Positions 40,902-52,570 of a DNA stretch of 64,000 nucleotides are shown piece by piece. Both the position numbers and the translations under genes were made by a program. The stretch comes from Paramecium tetraurelia (taxonomy: Eukaryota). The notes beneath the pieces are model-generated. The model made no database searches. It worked only from the letters and a program-made list of their open reading frames with translations, and was not told the DNA's origin. Positions within the stretch are counted from its first letter, which is position 1. Each line of letters opens with the position of its first letter. The DNA is taken from the NCBI GenBank assembly GCA_000165425.1, contig CT868063.1, forward strand, positions 1-64,000. Direction: 5' to 3'.

Positions 40902-42108
40902 ATGAATTCTAAACTTTTTAGATAGAGTAAGTCAACTTAAAAAATACCATAATAAGTTTCATAATAAAAGAATCTAGAGTAAGTTTACATCAAACGACTT
41001 CAAGAACAAGAAGCCTTCATGCCCAAAGACATCTACATATAGAAACATAAGAGCATGCATCAGATAATGAATAATTAATAGTCATAACCATTGAGATATT
41101 ATTCTCATATCAACGAAATTAGATCAATAAAAGAATTCATCTACATCTCAGAAAAACTAAAACAGAAGAATATTGAGAGGAAAATGCAAGAGAGATTGGA
41201 ACTGAAGGGCAAACTGAATTAAATCAAGTAAATTGAAATAGGAAAAAAACTGCAATATTACGTTGAGAGAAAAATTCGATTATTCATTAAGGATAGACAA
41301 CATGAAGAAAGTATAATTACATCTCTAATAAAGATCCATATAACAAATCCTTTGAAGCATTTTATGAATTCTATAGCAATGATCCAAAGTTAAAAACCTT
41401 CGAAAAGGAAAAATTACTCAGTGAATTTAATAGGCTCTCCTCCTAGGTTCTCAATGTTCCCGTCAGTAGATCATAGCATGCTAAAATCACAATATCCCCA
41501 CCTCCTAAAAACATATACTAAATTGTATTAAAGTTATTCATCATCAATAGAATGAGGATAATGAACCCACATTAAATGAGGAAGATGATGGAACCAGTAA
41601 GTTTTTGACCATGAAGGCAGCCAATCGACTTTTAGGAATGATGATGGTTGAAAGCAGTAAGGGAAAGAGAACTCCTATAGTTTGGGCTCTTAACAAAAAG
41701 AAAGAACTACAAGAGTTACTCAATAAACCATTTGGAGGGAAGATGAATTTCACGATGAACGCCTTCAATTGGCTAATAGATAATGCCATTCAGAAAAGCT
41801 AGGCTTACATCAATAAAAATTAAGTTGTTGAACAAAAGAGTGTGGATCCCAAGAAAATTGGGGAATTGATTGATAAGGGACTTGTTAATATTAAGAGAAC
41901 ATTAAGTAAGAGACCAGCTAGTTCAAATAATGTGAGGAGTTGTTAATAATTGAAACATAGAAATGATGTAGCCTTAGAATATTGCATTTCGGAACGTGTT
42001 AGACAGAATGTCATATAGCAAAAACTGAGGAATCAAAAGATGCAAGAGTAATCAAAAATTCAGAAAAGTTATTTATCAAATGATTCTTATGTGAATCACT
42101 ACATCTGA
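40902..42108 (+). CDS. Hypothetical protein
   Basis: MNSKLFRQSKSTQKIP...YVNHYI-TGA in code 6 with tiny introns. Confidence 0.75.
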
Positions 42109-42207
42109 GATTATTATTTAACTATTTGGAATACTGTTTTGAAATAACATTCAAATTATTAATACTCATTTTAATTTTATTTATTATAATTTATTATTTT
42201 TATAAGA

Positions 42208-42744
42208 ATGATATTATGCGTTGGTGATATTGTGCCTCCCTCAACCGAAAAAGCAAAAGTGTTAAGGAGAATAATTTTCTTTATAATCTTCTTACAGATA
42301 TGTTTAGCATTAGGAAAACTGTATTATGATATGTGGGCAGGTGTGGCAGAATTCACATCAGCATTTATCTTGTGGTATTATTGAAATGTAAGACTAGGTG
42401 TGCTTAGGCTTAATTAAATTATTGCAATTGCGTTATTTACATATTCTTTTGTCTAATGAACACTTTTCTGATTGTGGTTAATTTCTTGACTGACATCCAA
42501 AACAAAGTCAACCTCGAACAGTTGTCAAATGATGGCAGGAATCAGTTTCTGCTCTAAGCAATCTCAATGACATTTTACATAGTTTCAGTTTACTTCACTT
42601 TTCAAGCATATAAAGAATTCAAAGTAAAAATTAACTTAATTTCAGGGAATAGCATATGATGTTTATGCTGCAACCACTAATGATTAAGTACTATCAAAAT
42701 CAAATATAAGATAACAACTAGAAATGCATAATTTTGAAAATTGA
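42208..42744 (+). CDS. Small ~4-TM membrane protein
   Basis: Four hydrophobic segments ending FQAYKEFKG; two introns. Confidence 0.8.
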
Positions 42745-42795
42745 AAATTGACTATTATTTCTTTTTTTAGTTATAATAATTTTACATCATTTAAA

Positions 42796-44961
42796 TCATT
42801 TACTTTTTTACAAAATTAAGTTGGTTGCAATAAAATTAGCAAACCTCTCGGCATAACGAGCTGGAGGTACACATGAAATGTCATTGGATACAAGTGTTGA
42901 TTTAAAACCATACTCTAAATATTTCTTAGTACTAAAAAGAATAAAGGTGAAATATCACTTGAACAGAGTTAGAATATCTATTATGCCAATAAAATATATC
43001 CATTGTTTATCCATTGATAATATTCCTCCCTCAAAACTTTCAAATGGATGCGAATTGTTCTAAACCTACTAACCATATAAGCTCGACCTATCTGAAATTT
43101 AAAAATCTTGTACTGATATCTCTTTTATGAAATCCAACCAATAGACTGTAATCTATGATGTCATTATCTTTCAAAAATGAACAATCCTCCACTATGGTCT
43201 TGAGCAGTAATTGTTAATCTTGTGGTTCCAAATTCAAGTAATCCTTTTTTTATAAAAGATCCAGATCCTTTAAAGCTATTGTGTTGTCTTAAACTTTTTC
43301 ATTAGGATTCGTTGAAGTCTGTCTCCCATAAAGAGATCCTTTTAATCTAATTGCAATAATACCTTTGATATCATAACGAACATCAATATCTAGCCCAGAT
43401 CGAAATATATTGACTATTGTAACTAAATAAATCTTAGTGAATTCAGTTTTGCTTTTAAATATCTTTAATTGATGCAATCCGAATATTCTACTCAAGAGAG
43501 TATAAGGATGGGTTTAAACATACTTATAATATCTTGCAAGTATTTTCCTTAGTAATCTGGCTTCGTTTTCTGATATTGTCTTAATCATATACTGACCTAA
43601 TTAATAGATACAGAACATTACAATCCTATGTATAATAGAAAAAACTCCCACTTCTACCAGTTGATCCTAACTCTGTTAAAGAATCCAATTTGCCAAACAC
43701 TAAATTGCCAATAAGATTTTCAGGACCTACAGATCTTTAAAAGTCTTTATTGCTTATCTAAAATCTATATAAAGAATAATTTATACTATCGTCTGATTCT
43801 TAAGAAAATTGAAGGTGCATAATCCTTAAATTAATAAGCCTTTCTAAAATCGAAATTGCTGCATCTGTTCTATAATATATCATAAACGTATCTCTCCGCA
43901 AATTCGTGTTACAATGCATTTTTACCATAAAATTCAGGTTGGATATTTGATAATGCTTATTTCATCCCTATCATTAAATTTAAAATCAGATTCCAATTTT
44001 CATGTCCAAAATAGACAGACAATTTTTATTTTGCCTTTCTTTTTGGCATATTCATTATTGTATTCTTCTTTCTTTAGGTGCTAAGTCTAGCAGGACTTTT
44101 AAAATAATATGGTTGTACAACTTAAGGCAAATTAATTGCTTGTTCAATCATTTATTGTAAATATTCCAATCTATTTAATACTTGATCTAAGGGGTGATCG
44201 GATGAATTAGTCAAACTAAACGAATTAGTTTGAATATTAGACAAAAAACTAATTTCAAAACTAGGATCATCATCCCCATTCTTTGCTATTTAGCTAGTAC
44301 TAAAATTGCACGGACCATAAACAAAGCTCTCATCTATGATCTGCTTTTTATTCCTCTCGTAATCTGATAGTAAATTAACGCAATTTCTTATTTCATTCTA
44401 CAATTGATCAATCATATTCTAAAGGATAAACGCTTTGTTTGCCTATGGACAACTCTGCAATAGAATTTCTGTTTCATTAAAGTACTCGTACCAATCAATA
44501 CTTTCCTGTATTATTTAGTACTTTTAATAAAATTGCGGAAAGTCCAACCTTTCACATTCAAATTAATCCCATAAATTCCCTATGTATGATTGCCTCGGAG
44601 TTACTCTTGATCCCGTGATTTAATTCCAAAACATTGTTAAATCCAATAGCATCTATTGAAATTCCTTATATTCAATATACCCTTTTCTCTATAAATCTAT
44701 GAAAGCAAAGCTTAATTGAGCCTTCTATTGCTCATTTCCAAACATCACTAGTTGTAAATAATTAATGTATTGATTTAAGGTGAATACTTTTTTTCCTTCG
44801 CTAATTACATTGAAAATCCTGTCGAGTAAAAATGTTGCATGATCCAAACCCAAAATACCCATAGTGTTTTAAAATTATTTATAGTTAACTTAACCATTAT
44901 TTGACATTGCGGAGAACCTCTTTTAAATGGATTCCAACTCTTTTTAAGAAAACTATTTCAT
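42796..44961 (-). CDS. EF-hand (NCS-like) / PIP5K fusion, paralogue 2
   Basis: [73 protein letters not shown]. Confidence 0.9.
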
Positions 44962-44997
44962 TACAATATTTATCAATATATAATTATAATATAATAT

Positions 44998-45768
44998 TCA
45001 TTATTTTTTCTTTAGATTTCCTTCAATTTACTTATTCTAAAGCCAATTCTCAAATACATATCTCTTGAAAACACTTGATTTTGTCACTTTTCCATATACA
45101 AAGTCGACAAAGAATAAAATAGAAAATTAGAATATATTTAACACGACAATTATGGGAATACTTAAACTTTTTTAGAAACCATAGACATGCTTCCCTTTCA
45201 CTTAGAAGTAGCAGCCTATAAATTAGTATTTAGATTTACCATATATTATAAAATAAATGATAGTGTATGTGAAAAAGAATACAAACAATTTAATTTTTGG
45301 TACTTACTAATGTTCATAGAGGATATACTCGATTTACCTAAAAATAAATATCATATTATCTTACATCAACAGCCAGTTTCCGAGATGCAAATATGCAAGC
45401 AATACCATTTACCATTCTGTTGGATAAAACCCATCCAACACTAAAAGTTTAGGATCAATTATGATAAAACTCTAATAACTTGCCATCACCAAAAATAAAA
45501 TAGGATTAAGTCCTTGAAACAATATATTGACAAATTATGGATATCTATCTTGAATTTTCTTAGCATTATAATTTTTGAGATCGTACATCACAAAGGGGAT
45601 TAAATAAGTAAACATAGCCCAATTAGAAAAATTAGTCAAATATTTCACTTGATTCCATAAAGCTTCATCTAAAACCCCAGGGTTGAATGCCAACATTTAT
45701 TGATACATAAACCAAGAGTGAATAACAAATTAGATCAAATGGCTTACTGTGACTATCAATTTAATCAT
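44998..45768 (-). CDS. FAR-17a/AIG1-family membrane protein (ADTRP/AIG1-like)
   Basis: About six TM segments; KYLTN (candidate catalytic Thr), IDPKLL, YLHLGN (His), GKHVYGF. Confidence 0.7.
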
Positions 45769-46023
45769 AACTTTATTTAATAAATTCTTAATTTCTTATA
45801 CTTTATCTACGATCATTTGCTAAATCATAGAATAATAATCATTCTGAAAATAATAAGTGTCCTTATTTGACTCAAAATCAACTTATGTGATTCTAAAATT
45901 TAAATAATTTTTTGATGATGTATTTATCAATAAATCAACATATCATAAATTTAGCAGTAATATAAGTTGGTAATTATAATAAATCATTACTGAGTATTAA
46001 ATTTAATAAATATTTTTTACGTA

Positions 46024-47578
46024 ATGCATTTATTAAGAAACATTGATTAATTTGGAGTTACATATCAATAGGAAATTGTCAAAGATGAGAAAGAATATAA
46101 AAGCGTCATGGGAGGAATGACTTCCTTGCTCTTATACACATTAAGCTTTGCTTATTTCATATATAAGATTTTTCTATGGCTAAATGGAGATATTCTTCCA
46201 AGGGTTTCTTCTTAAAGATCTTCTTAAAGTTATGCTGAAGTAGAATTTGATTATGACCCAATAATGTTTTAAATAGCTGGAATGAGTGGTAATTAAAATA
46301 TCGATCCATTTTCGAAAACTGAAAATATAATCACTCCGTATTTTTCATATATTGATGATATTGTAATCTCATAGAAGTAATCTTTTTTGGATTCAGCTGT
46401 GTCTCCTGCAAGAGAGGGCATTTCCTCATCAGTTGTACCCTAGAATCTAACTTTGATTCTTAATCAAAAAGGAATTAGCGATCAAACACCGAAATATTAG
46501 AGATAATTAATGATATTATTCGAAAGATGCAATAGAACAGAATTTAGTAATTGTGCCAGTTAAGAAAAGTAAGATGCATTTTTTAAACAACCATTAAATA
46601 CGTTTTTCATAACAATCTAAATGAGATAATTCAATACAAAAAAAAAAGAATTTGAAATGATAACAAAATAAATCTATTTTATATTAGATGAAATAACAGT
46701 GTTATATACCTAATTATTATTTTAAATAACCGAGTCATCAACTGACACAGGGTTCTTTTTAGAATCAATCAAAAAGTCTAAATATATTAGTGACTTCCAG
46801 ACTACTTCATAATAATTACCCCAAAACAATTTTAAAAGAGTGTTTGGCAATGAATATCTAGCAACCTTTCTCATAAGCATTGATAGTTTAGGCGAAAACC
46901 AACTGATAATCTACCCCAAATTAGGAGAAATCTTAGCTGATGTTGGTTCAATCATGTCCACTTTGATGATTTTGAAAATAATAGTAATCAAAATCAACTT
47001 TAAGATGCAAGAGGACAATTTACTTATCACTATAATTAGCTACTACTATCCTGAATTCAAACAAATTAGGATTGAAAAAAATATACTAGGCTAAATCAAT
47101 AATGTAGAAAAGAATGGAAAAACCATAGATGATAAAACCTAATTTATCAAATTCTATGATCAATTGAAAGATCTTACTAAAGAGAAACTAACCCTTACAA
47201 ATATATTGTATGAAATTTCTCGATTACAATTTATTGTTCAATCTATGTAATCTAAACAAGAATTACGGCAAAGTCATTAAGTAGGAATCAAGTTAAAATG
47301 TACATTCATTGATATATTATTTTATAGTCTTTGATGAACATGTTAGTCCCTAAAAAGTGCCTATAAAATCAGTAGAAAAAAGTTAAGATGAAAAGATTGA
47401 AATTTGTCCTCTTTAACCGAAGAAACCCTAAGAAACATTGGAACCTTAGAAGTAGGCAGAAATATTGCAAGATGAAGACTATACTCTTTTTTCTAAGATT
47501 AATCATCTTAAAAAGTGGCCCTACGATATTGAATAATAGGTAGTAGGATTTTATTAAGCAAATAAAGTCTTACATTGA
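46024..47578 (+). CDS. Two-TM membrane protein, 'DxFG' family, paralogue C
   Basis: IDQFG, SVMGGMTS-TM1, CNRTEFSNC, YPKLGEILADVGS-TM2, YYPEFK, LYEISRLQF; one intron near 47300. Confidence 0.85.
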
Positions 47579-48398
47579 AAATATAATTTATGTTAAATTA
47601 AATAAGGAGATTGATAATTTCAATCCTAAAATATATTGTTTCTATTTAATAAACTCTAAAGATAATCAAAGATTCCAATTGATTTTAAGGCATTTAATAA
47701 TTGAAAGGGGTGTAAATTACCTATCCAAAACACAAGTTTGTTTGTAAAATTTACGATATTACTCTAATAATAAGCTATTATTTTTGTGAACGCATAAAGA
47801 TAATAAATTAAAATAACATAAATAATAACAATTAAAGTTGTATCAGTAGTGAGTCTGATAATTATAATTTTATGCTCCTGTATTAATAAAGAATAGCGAA
47901 AATTGATTTAATGTATGAGGGGACCATCTAAGCAGAAATGCAAATGAATCAGAAGGTAAATATTCTTGAAATCACATTACTGCCAAGGCTAATTTAAAAT
48001 ATATTGAATTTATCTTTTAGTCAAAACTATATTTATATTTCTAAATATTGTTTATGGTATCGTATTTCTTCATTAAAGAAATGAATTTTATTATGTTTAT
48101 GATCCTATAAAATAAGAAATATCAAATACGTTTTAGCTTATTCCTTTATAATTAAATTTTTTTCATTAATGAGTTGATTGATGCTTCTAATTGATGTGTT
48201 TCATTAGAAGTTTCAATGATAAATTTGAAAAATTGAATTCTGTTGTTTATAATATTGGTATTAATTTCAACAAATTAATGGTGGAAAATCAATCCATTGT
48301 ATTTTCTAACAACTTTATCTTTGATAATATCTATTATAAGTTTAATTACATATGTGTTGTTATATTCGAATAAATAATAAGATAAATAATCATTCTGA

Positions 48399-49890
48399 AT
48401 GAAAAAAACAATAACTTTAGCGCCTGATTACTCAAAATCATCTTTCTTTAATGATGGTAATTTTCTATTCTGCAATGCATTTACGAAATAATTGCCATTT
48501 ACAGACTTTGGAACCTTCTAAATGAAATACTAAAATAAACAAATGTCAGTGTCTATTTCAACATCCGAGTTAGCCATAAAAATAGAAGATGAAGTATGCT
48601 TTTTATCTAAGTAGAAAGGTGAAAAATATATTTAAATTGAAAATGTGTGCTTCAAAAAAATATTACATCCTAAAACTTAATAATTAGGGTTTCGCTTAAG
48701 TAAAAATGGGTAATATGCTGAATTTTTTGGGGAAATCGTTGACTTGTGGAAATCTTTAAAAAAGTATGTTATTCAAGCAGATTTTTTGCTTAAGTATAAG
48801 TTGGGATCTAAAATAGGGGAAGGATATAGCTCATCAGTATTTATTTAAAATTATAAAGGTTTATAAAGCTTTTAAAATCATCAATGGTGAAAAGTTTGCA
48901 GTTAAGATAGTAGATAAGAACATGTTATCTCGAAGTAATAACTTAGAAAAGCAATATTTGCTTAACGAATTAAGTATTCTTCGATAGATCAATCATAATA
49001 ATTTATTAAAATTAGAGGAGATATTCGAAAGTGAGGAGAATATTTATATTGTGACAGAATTATTGGAAGGAGGAGCTCTGAAGAATTCTATCTTTAAGTT
49101 TAGATTCGCAGAAGAAGAAACAATTATTTTAATGTAGGCGTTGTATCGCACTCTCAACTATTTACATTAGATGAATATATTTCATCACGACATAAAATTT
49201 GATAACATTCTACTAAGAGATTAGTAGGATCTCACTTCTGTTTGTATTATTAACTTTGGGAAAGCATAAATATTGAAACCCAACATATCTAGTTGCAGAA
49301 ATCTCAATCACCATGATTCGACTTCTCTCATCTCATTTTTTAGAAAAAAAGATATATATGCAATAAGCATAATTATTCTCAGCATATTTACAAAGAAACT
49401 ATATTAAGAAAGCTCTTTGCTTGATGAATTATTAATGAAAAATTATTAAAATGTTAGCTATATTGAATTTATGAATCTTTTACCGCCTCTTTAGTAATTT
49501 TTTGAATTATTGTTTACAGAAAAAGGAAGATTATTAATTGATACATTAACCTGTCATGATATTTTAAGTCTAGAAGTGTTCAAATTACATTTTTAAAGAA
49601 GATCATCAAAAATGAACCATGTTTTACACATATAAACTTTTGATGTAAAAAGATAATCTAGGTTTCTTCCTAGACCCTCTTAAAAGGATAATCTTTAACT
49701 TTCCTACCTTTAAAAAAGCTTAAAATTACCTAACATAAATGATTCATGTGAAATTAAGGTTACATAAAACCAATCCTACAGTCCTTAAACTGAAAACTGT
49801 CTTTCTAATAGATTGACGAATGAATGCAAGATCAATAATTAAACTCCAAGATATAGTATCTTGAGAAAATTTTTGAGTCCCAATATTTGA
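48399..49890 (+). CDS. CAMK-like pseudokinase
   Basis: IGEGYSS and FAVK intact; HRD is HHD, DFG is NFG, no GTPxxxAPE segment. Confidence 0.8.
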
Positions 49891-50097
49891 TGTACGAATT
49901 GGTTGATTATTACTTTGAATAAAATATTGATTATTTTTAATTAATGCCTAAAAATATAAAACGATGATTATCTCCATTTATTTAAATCTTTTAATAATAG
50001 ATATTAATTTTCCATGCGAATTGCTAAAAAATTAAATTTAACCTCTAATTTCTCAGTATTATATTAAAATTATAAAAAAAGTTAATTATTTGCATTT

Positions 50098-51537
50098 ATG
50101 CTCTCAAGTAATAAGCAATATCCTTAACATTTTGATATTCAAAACTCGGTGTTATCTACTGATACAGAATTTTGGGTATCAGATGTAAATTTTTCAGCAA
50201 TATCTACTTCTTTGGTGACAGTGAAACGACAGGAAATTATTAAAGAGAAAAGTATTTCAATTGGGAAATAACATATCAAATATTCAAAAAATGTATAAGT
50301 ATTGTTATTTTTAGAAATTCATTCTGTATGCAGATGCATTTCTAACTATTCTAAGGAATACTAATTCAGAAATAATAGGAATATAATTATAGAAAAAAGG
50401 AAATTAAATTGAGCTTTATGGGCAAATATAACATTGGATTTGCCTATTGATGAAAGAATGCGTTTCATTAGACTTCATTTCTAACTATTAAATTGTTAAA
50501 CTAATTGGTAGTGGATCCACTGCTAATGTAATATTTATTTTTAGTTTAAGGTTTATTAAGTTCGATCGAAAATAGATGACTTAGATTGTGGAATTAAAGT
50601 ATTCGATAAGGCACAATTTGAAACAGACTATTAGATTAAGCAATCTATATTATTTGAAATTTAATATTTAAAACTATTAAGTCATCCGAATATTGTTAAG
50701 TATTTAGGAGTGTTTGAATCAAATTCATAAATTATTTTAATATCAGAATTATTAGTAGGAGGAGATCTAAAGAGCATAGTAGAGGATAGGAAAATTGATG
50801 AAGATAAAATTAAAATAATTATGAAATCTATTCTAGGTGGTCTTGAATATATGCACAGTTTTGGCATATTCCACCGAGACATTAAAAAATGTAATATAAT
50901 GCTGAGAAACTAAAATGTCTATGATTCCATTTGTTTAATTGACTTTGGTTTAGCTGAAAAAGCTAATAATGAAAATAACTATTTATTCAAATATTGTGGT
51001 ACACCTGGTTGTGTTGCTCCTGAAATCTTGAGAAAATAAAAATATGGATTAAAGGTTGATATCTATAGTGTTGGTATTTTATGCTATCAATTGATGTTTG
51101 GAAAAGACCCCTTTAAATCTAACACCACTAAGGAAATACTAATCAAGAATTACTTGGGGCATATTGATTTATCTAAAATGTCATTGATTTCAAAAAATGG
51201 GATAAACTTTCTAAAAGGACTAATTGAATTAGACCCTTAAATTCGATTTACAGCTACATAAGCATTAAAGCATCCTTATATATCTTAAGAGAATAATAAA
51301 ATAATTGTCAGTAAAAATAAATTTGATAGCTTGTTAAAAAAGGAGACTCTCAAGCCTTTATATTATAATAGTCGTAATTAGTCACCAAATAACAGTTCAA
51401 AAAGTTCACCTTTCAAATATTTGCTTAAAACCGAGGTGAGTCCAAGATCAAATTAACAGAAATCTGGTTTGGAGACTACTAGACTAGTATCAAGATCTTT
51501 TTTCATAAGAAATTTTTAAAAAATGAATACAAAATGA
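50098..51537 (+). CDS. Ser/Thr protein kinase, CAMK-like
   Basis: IGSGSTAN, HRDIKKCNIM, DFGLA, CGTPGCVAPE; two introns. Confidence 0.9.
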
Positions 51538-51679
51538 TCTTACTTCAATTTGTCTTAAAGTAATAAAATAATCATCCAATCATTCTAAAATAAGTTATAT
51601 ATATTTTAATAGTTATAAAATTATCACCTGCTGAAAAAATGTATTGAAATAGCTTTAGAAATCTAAGAAAACAACTATA

Positions 51680-51751
51680 GGATCTATCGTATAGTGGTTA
51701 GTACCTGAGGCTTTAACCCTCAAGACCTTGGTTCGAATCCAAGTAGGTCCT
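51680..51751 (+). tRNA. tRNA-Gln(UUA), decoder of the reassigned stop codon UAA
   Basis: Acceptor GGATCTA/TAGGTCC, anticodon arm TGAGG-CT TTA AC-CCTCA (anticodon 51713-51715), T-arm CTTGG-TTCGAAT-CCAAG, followed by oligo-T. Confidence 0.95.
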
Positions 51752-51897
51752 TTTTTTAATTTTTGATAATAAAATATTTTTATTTTATATCTTTATTTCT
51801 AAATTATAGGAAAAATTGATTAATCTAATTACTAATACTAATATGTTGATCAAAAGATTTAATATTCTAAATTTTTTAGAATATTAAAAGCACAAGA

Positions 51898-51969
51898 GGA
51901 TCTATCGTATAGTGGTTATTACATGAGGTTTTGACCCTCAATACCTTGGTTCGAATCCAAGTAGGTCCT
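51898..51969 (+). tRNA. tRNA-Gln(UUG)
   Basis: Same cloverleaf; loop TT TTG AC (anticodon 51931-51933); oligo-T terminator. Confidence 0.95.
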
Positions 51970-52115
51970 TTTTTTAATTTTTGATAATAAAATATTTTTA
52001 TTTTATAGCAATATTTCTAAATTATAGGAAAAATTGATTAATCTAATTACTAATATTAATATGTTGATCAAAAGACTTAATATTCTAAAATTTTTAGAAT
52101 ATTAAAAGCACAAGA

Positions 52116-52187
52116 GGATCTATCGTATAGTGGTTATTACATGAGGCCTTGACCCTCAATACCTTGGTTCGAATCCAAGTAGATCCT
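52116..52187 (+). tRNA. tRNA-Gln(UUG) with atypical C33
   Basis: Fully Watson-Crick acceptor GGATCTA/TAGATCC; loop CC TTG AC (anticodon 52149-52151); oligo-T terminator. Confidence 0.88.
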
Positions 52188-52570
52188 TTTTTTACATTGT
52201 TTAAAGAATTTATTATTTCGTTAATATTTATACTAATTATAAGTATATTTGCATATATATTCTATGTTAATTAAAATATTTTTGAAGGTTCATTAAAAAT
52301 TGAGAATTTTATTCTTTGTCCATATTGTTTTTTACTCATCACCATTTTACAATAATACAAATAGTCTCTTATGACAAATTAATTATTAAAAATATCTTAA
52401 TTCAATCTTTTGGGATGATCATTATTTGTTCCTCTAGACAGTAATTTATTTGACTTATGAAATTAATTAAGCCTAATTTTTATATCAGTTATTATTTTTG
52501 TTTTTACTTCATTTTGAGAAGCTTTTAGAATGATTAAAAGAAATACAAATTTTATTATTGAAAAAAACTA

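Larger units (their letters stand above)
51680..52187 (+). repeat. Tandem array with 218-bp period (tRNA + 146-bp spacer)
   Basis: tRNA starts at 51680, 51898 and 52116; spacers 51752-51897 and 51970-52115 differ at about 6 of 146 positions. Confidence 0.95.

Noticed and set aside
45913..45993. TGATGA...CTGA as a C/D snoRNA
   Set aside because: Imperfect C box, no terminal stem and only a short AT-rich candidate guide.
51680..52187. 218-bp periodic repeat as a CRISPR array or SINE
   Set aside because: Eukaryotic context; the repeats are complete tRNA cloverleafs and the spacers are near-identical, with no target-site duplications.
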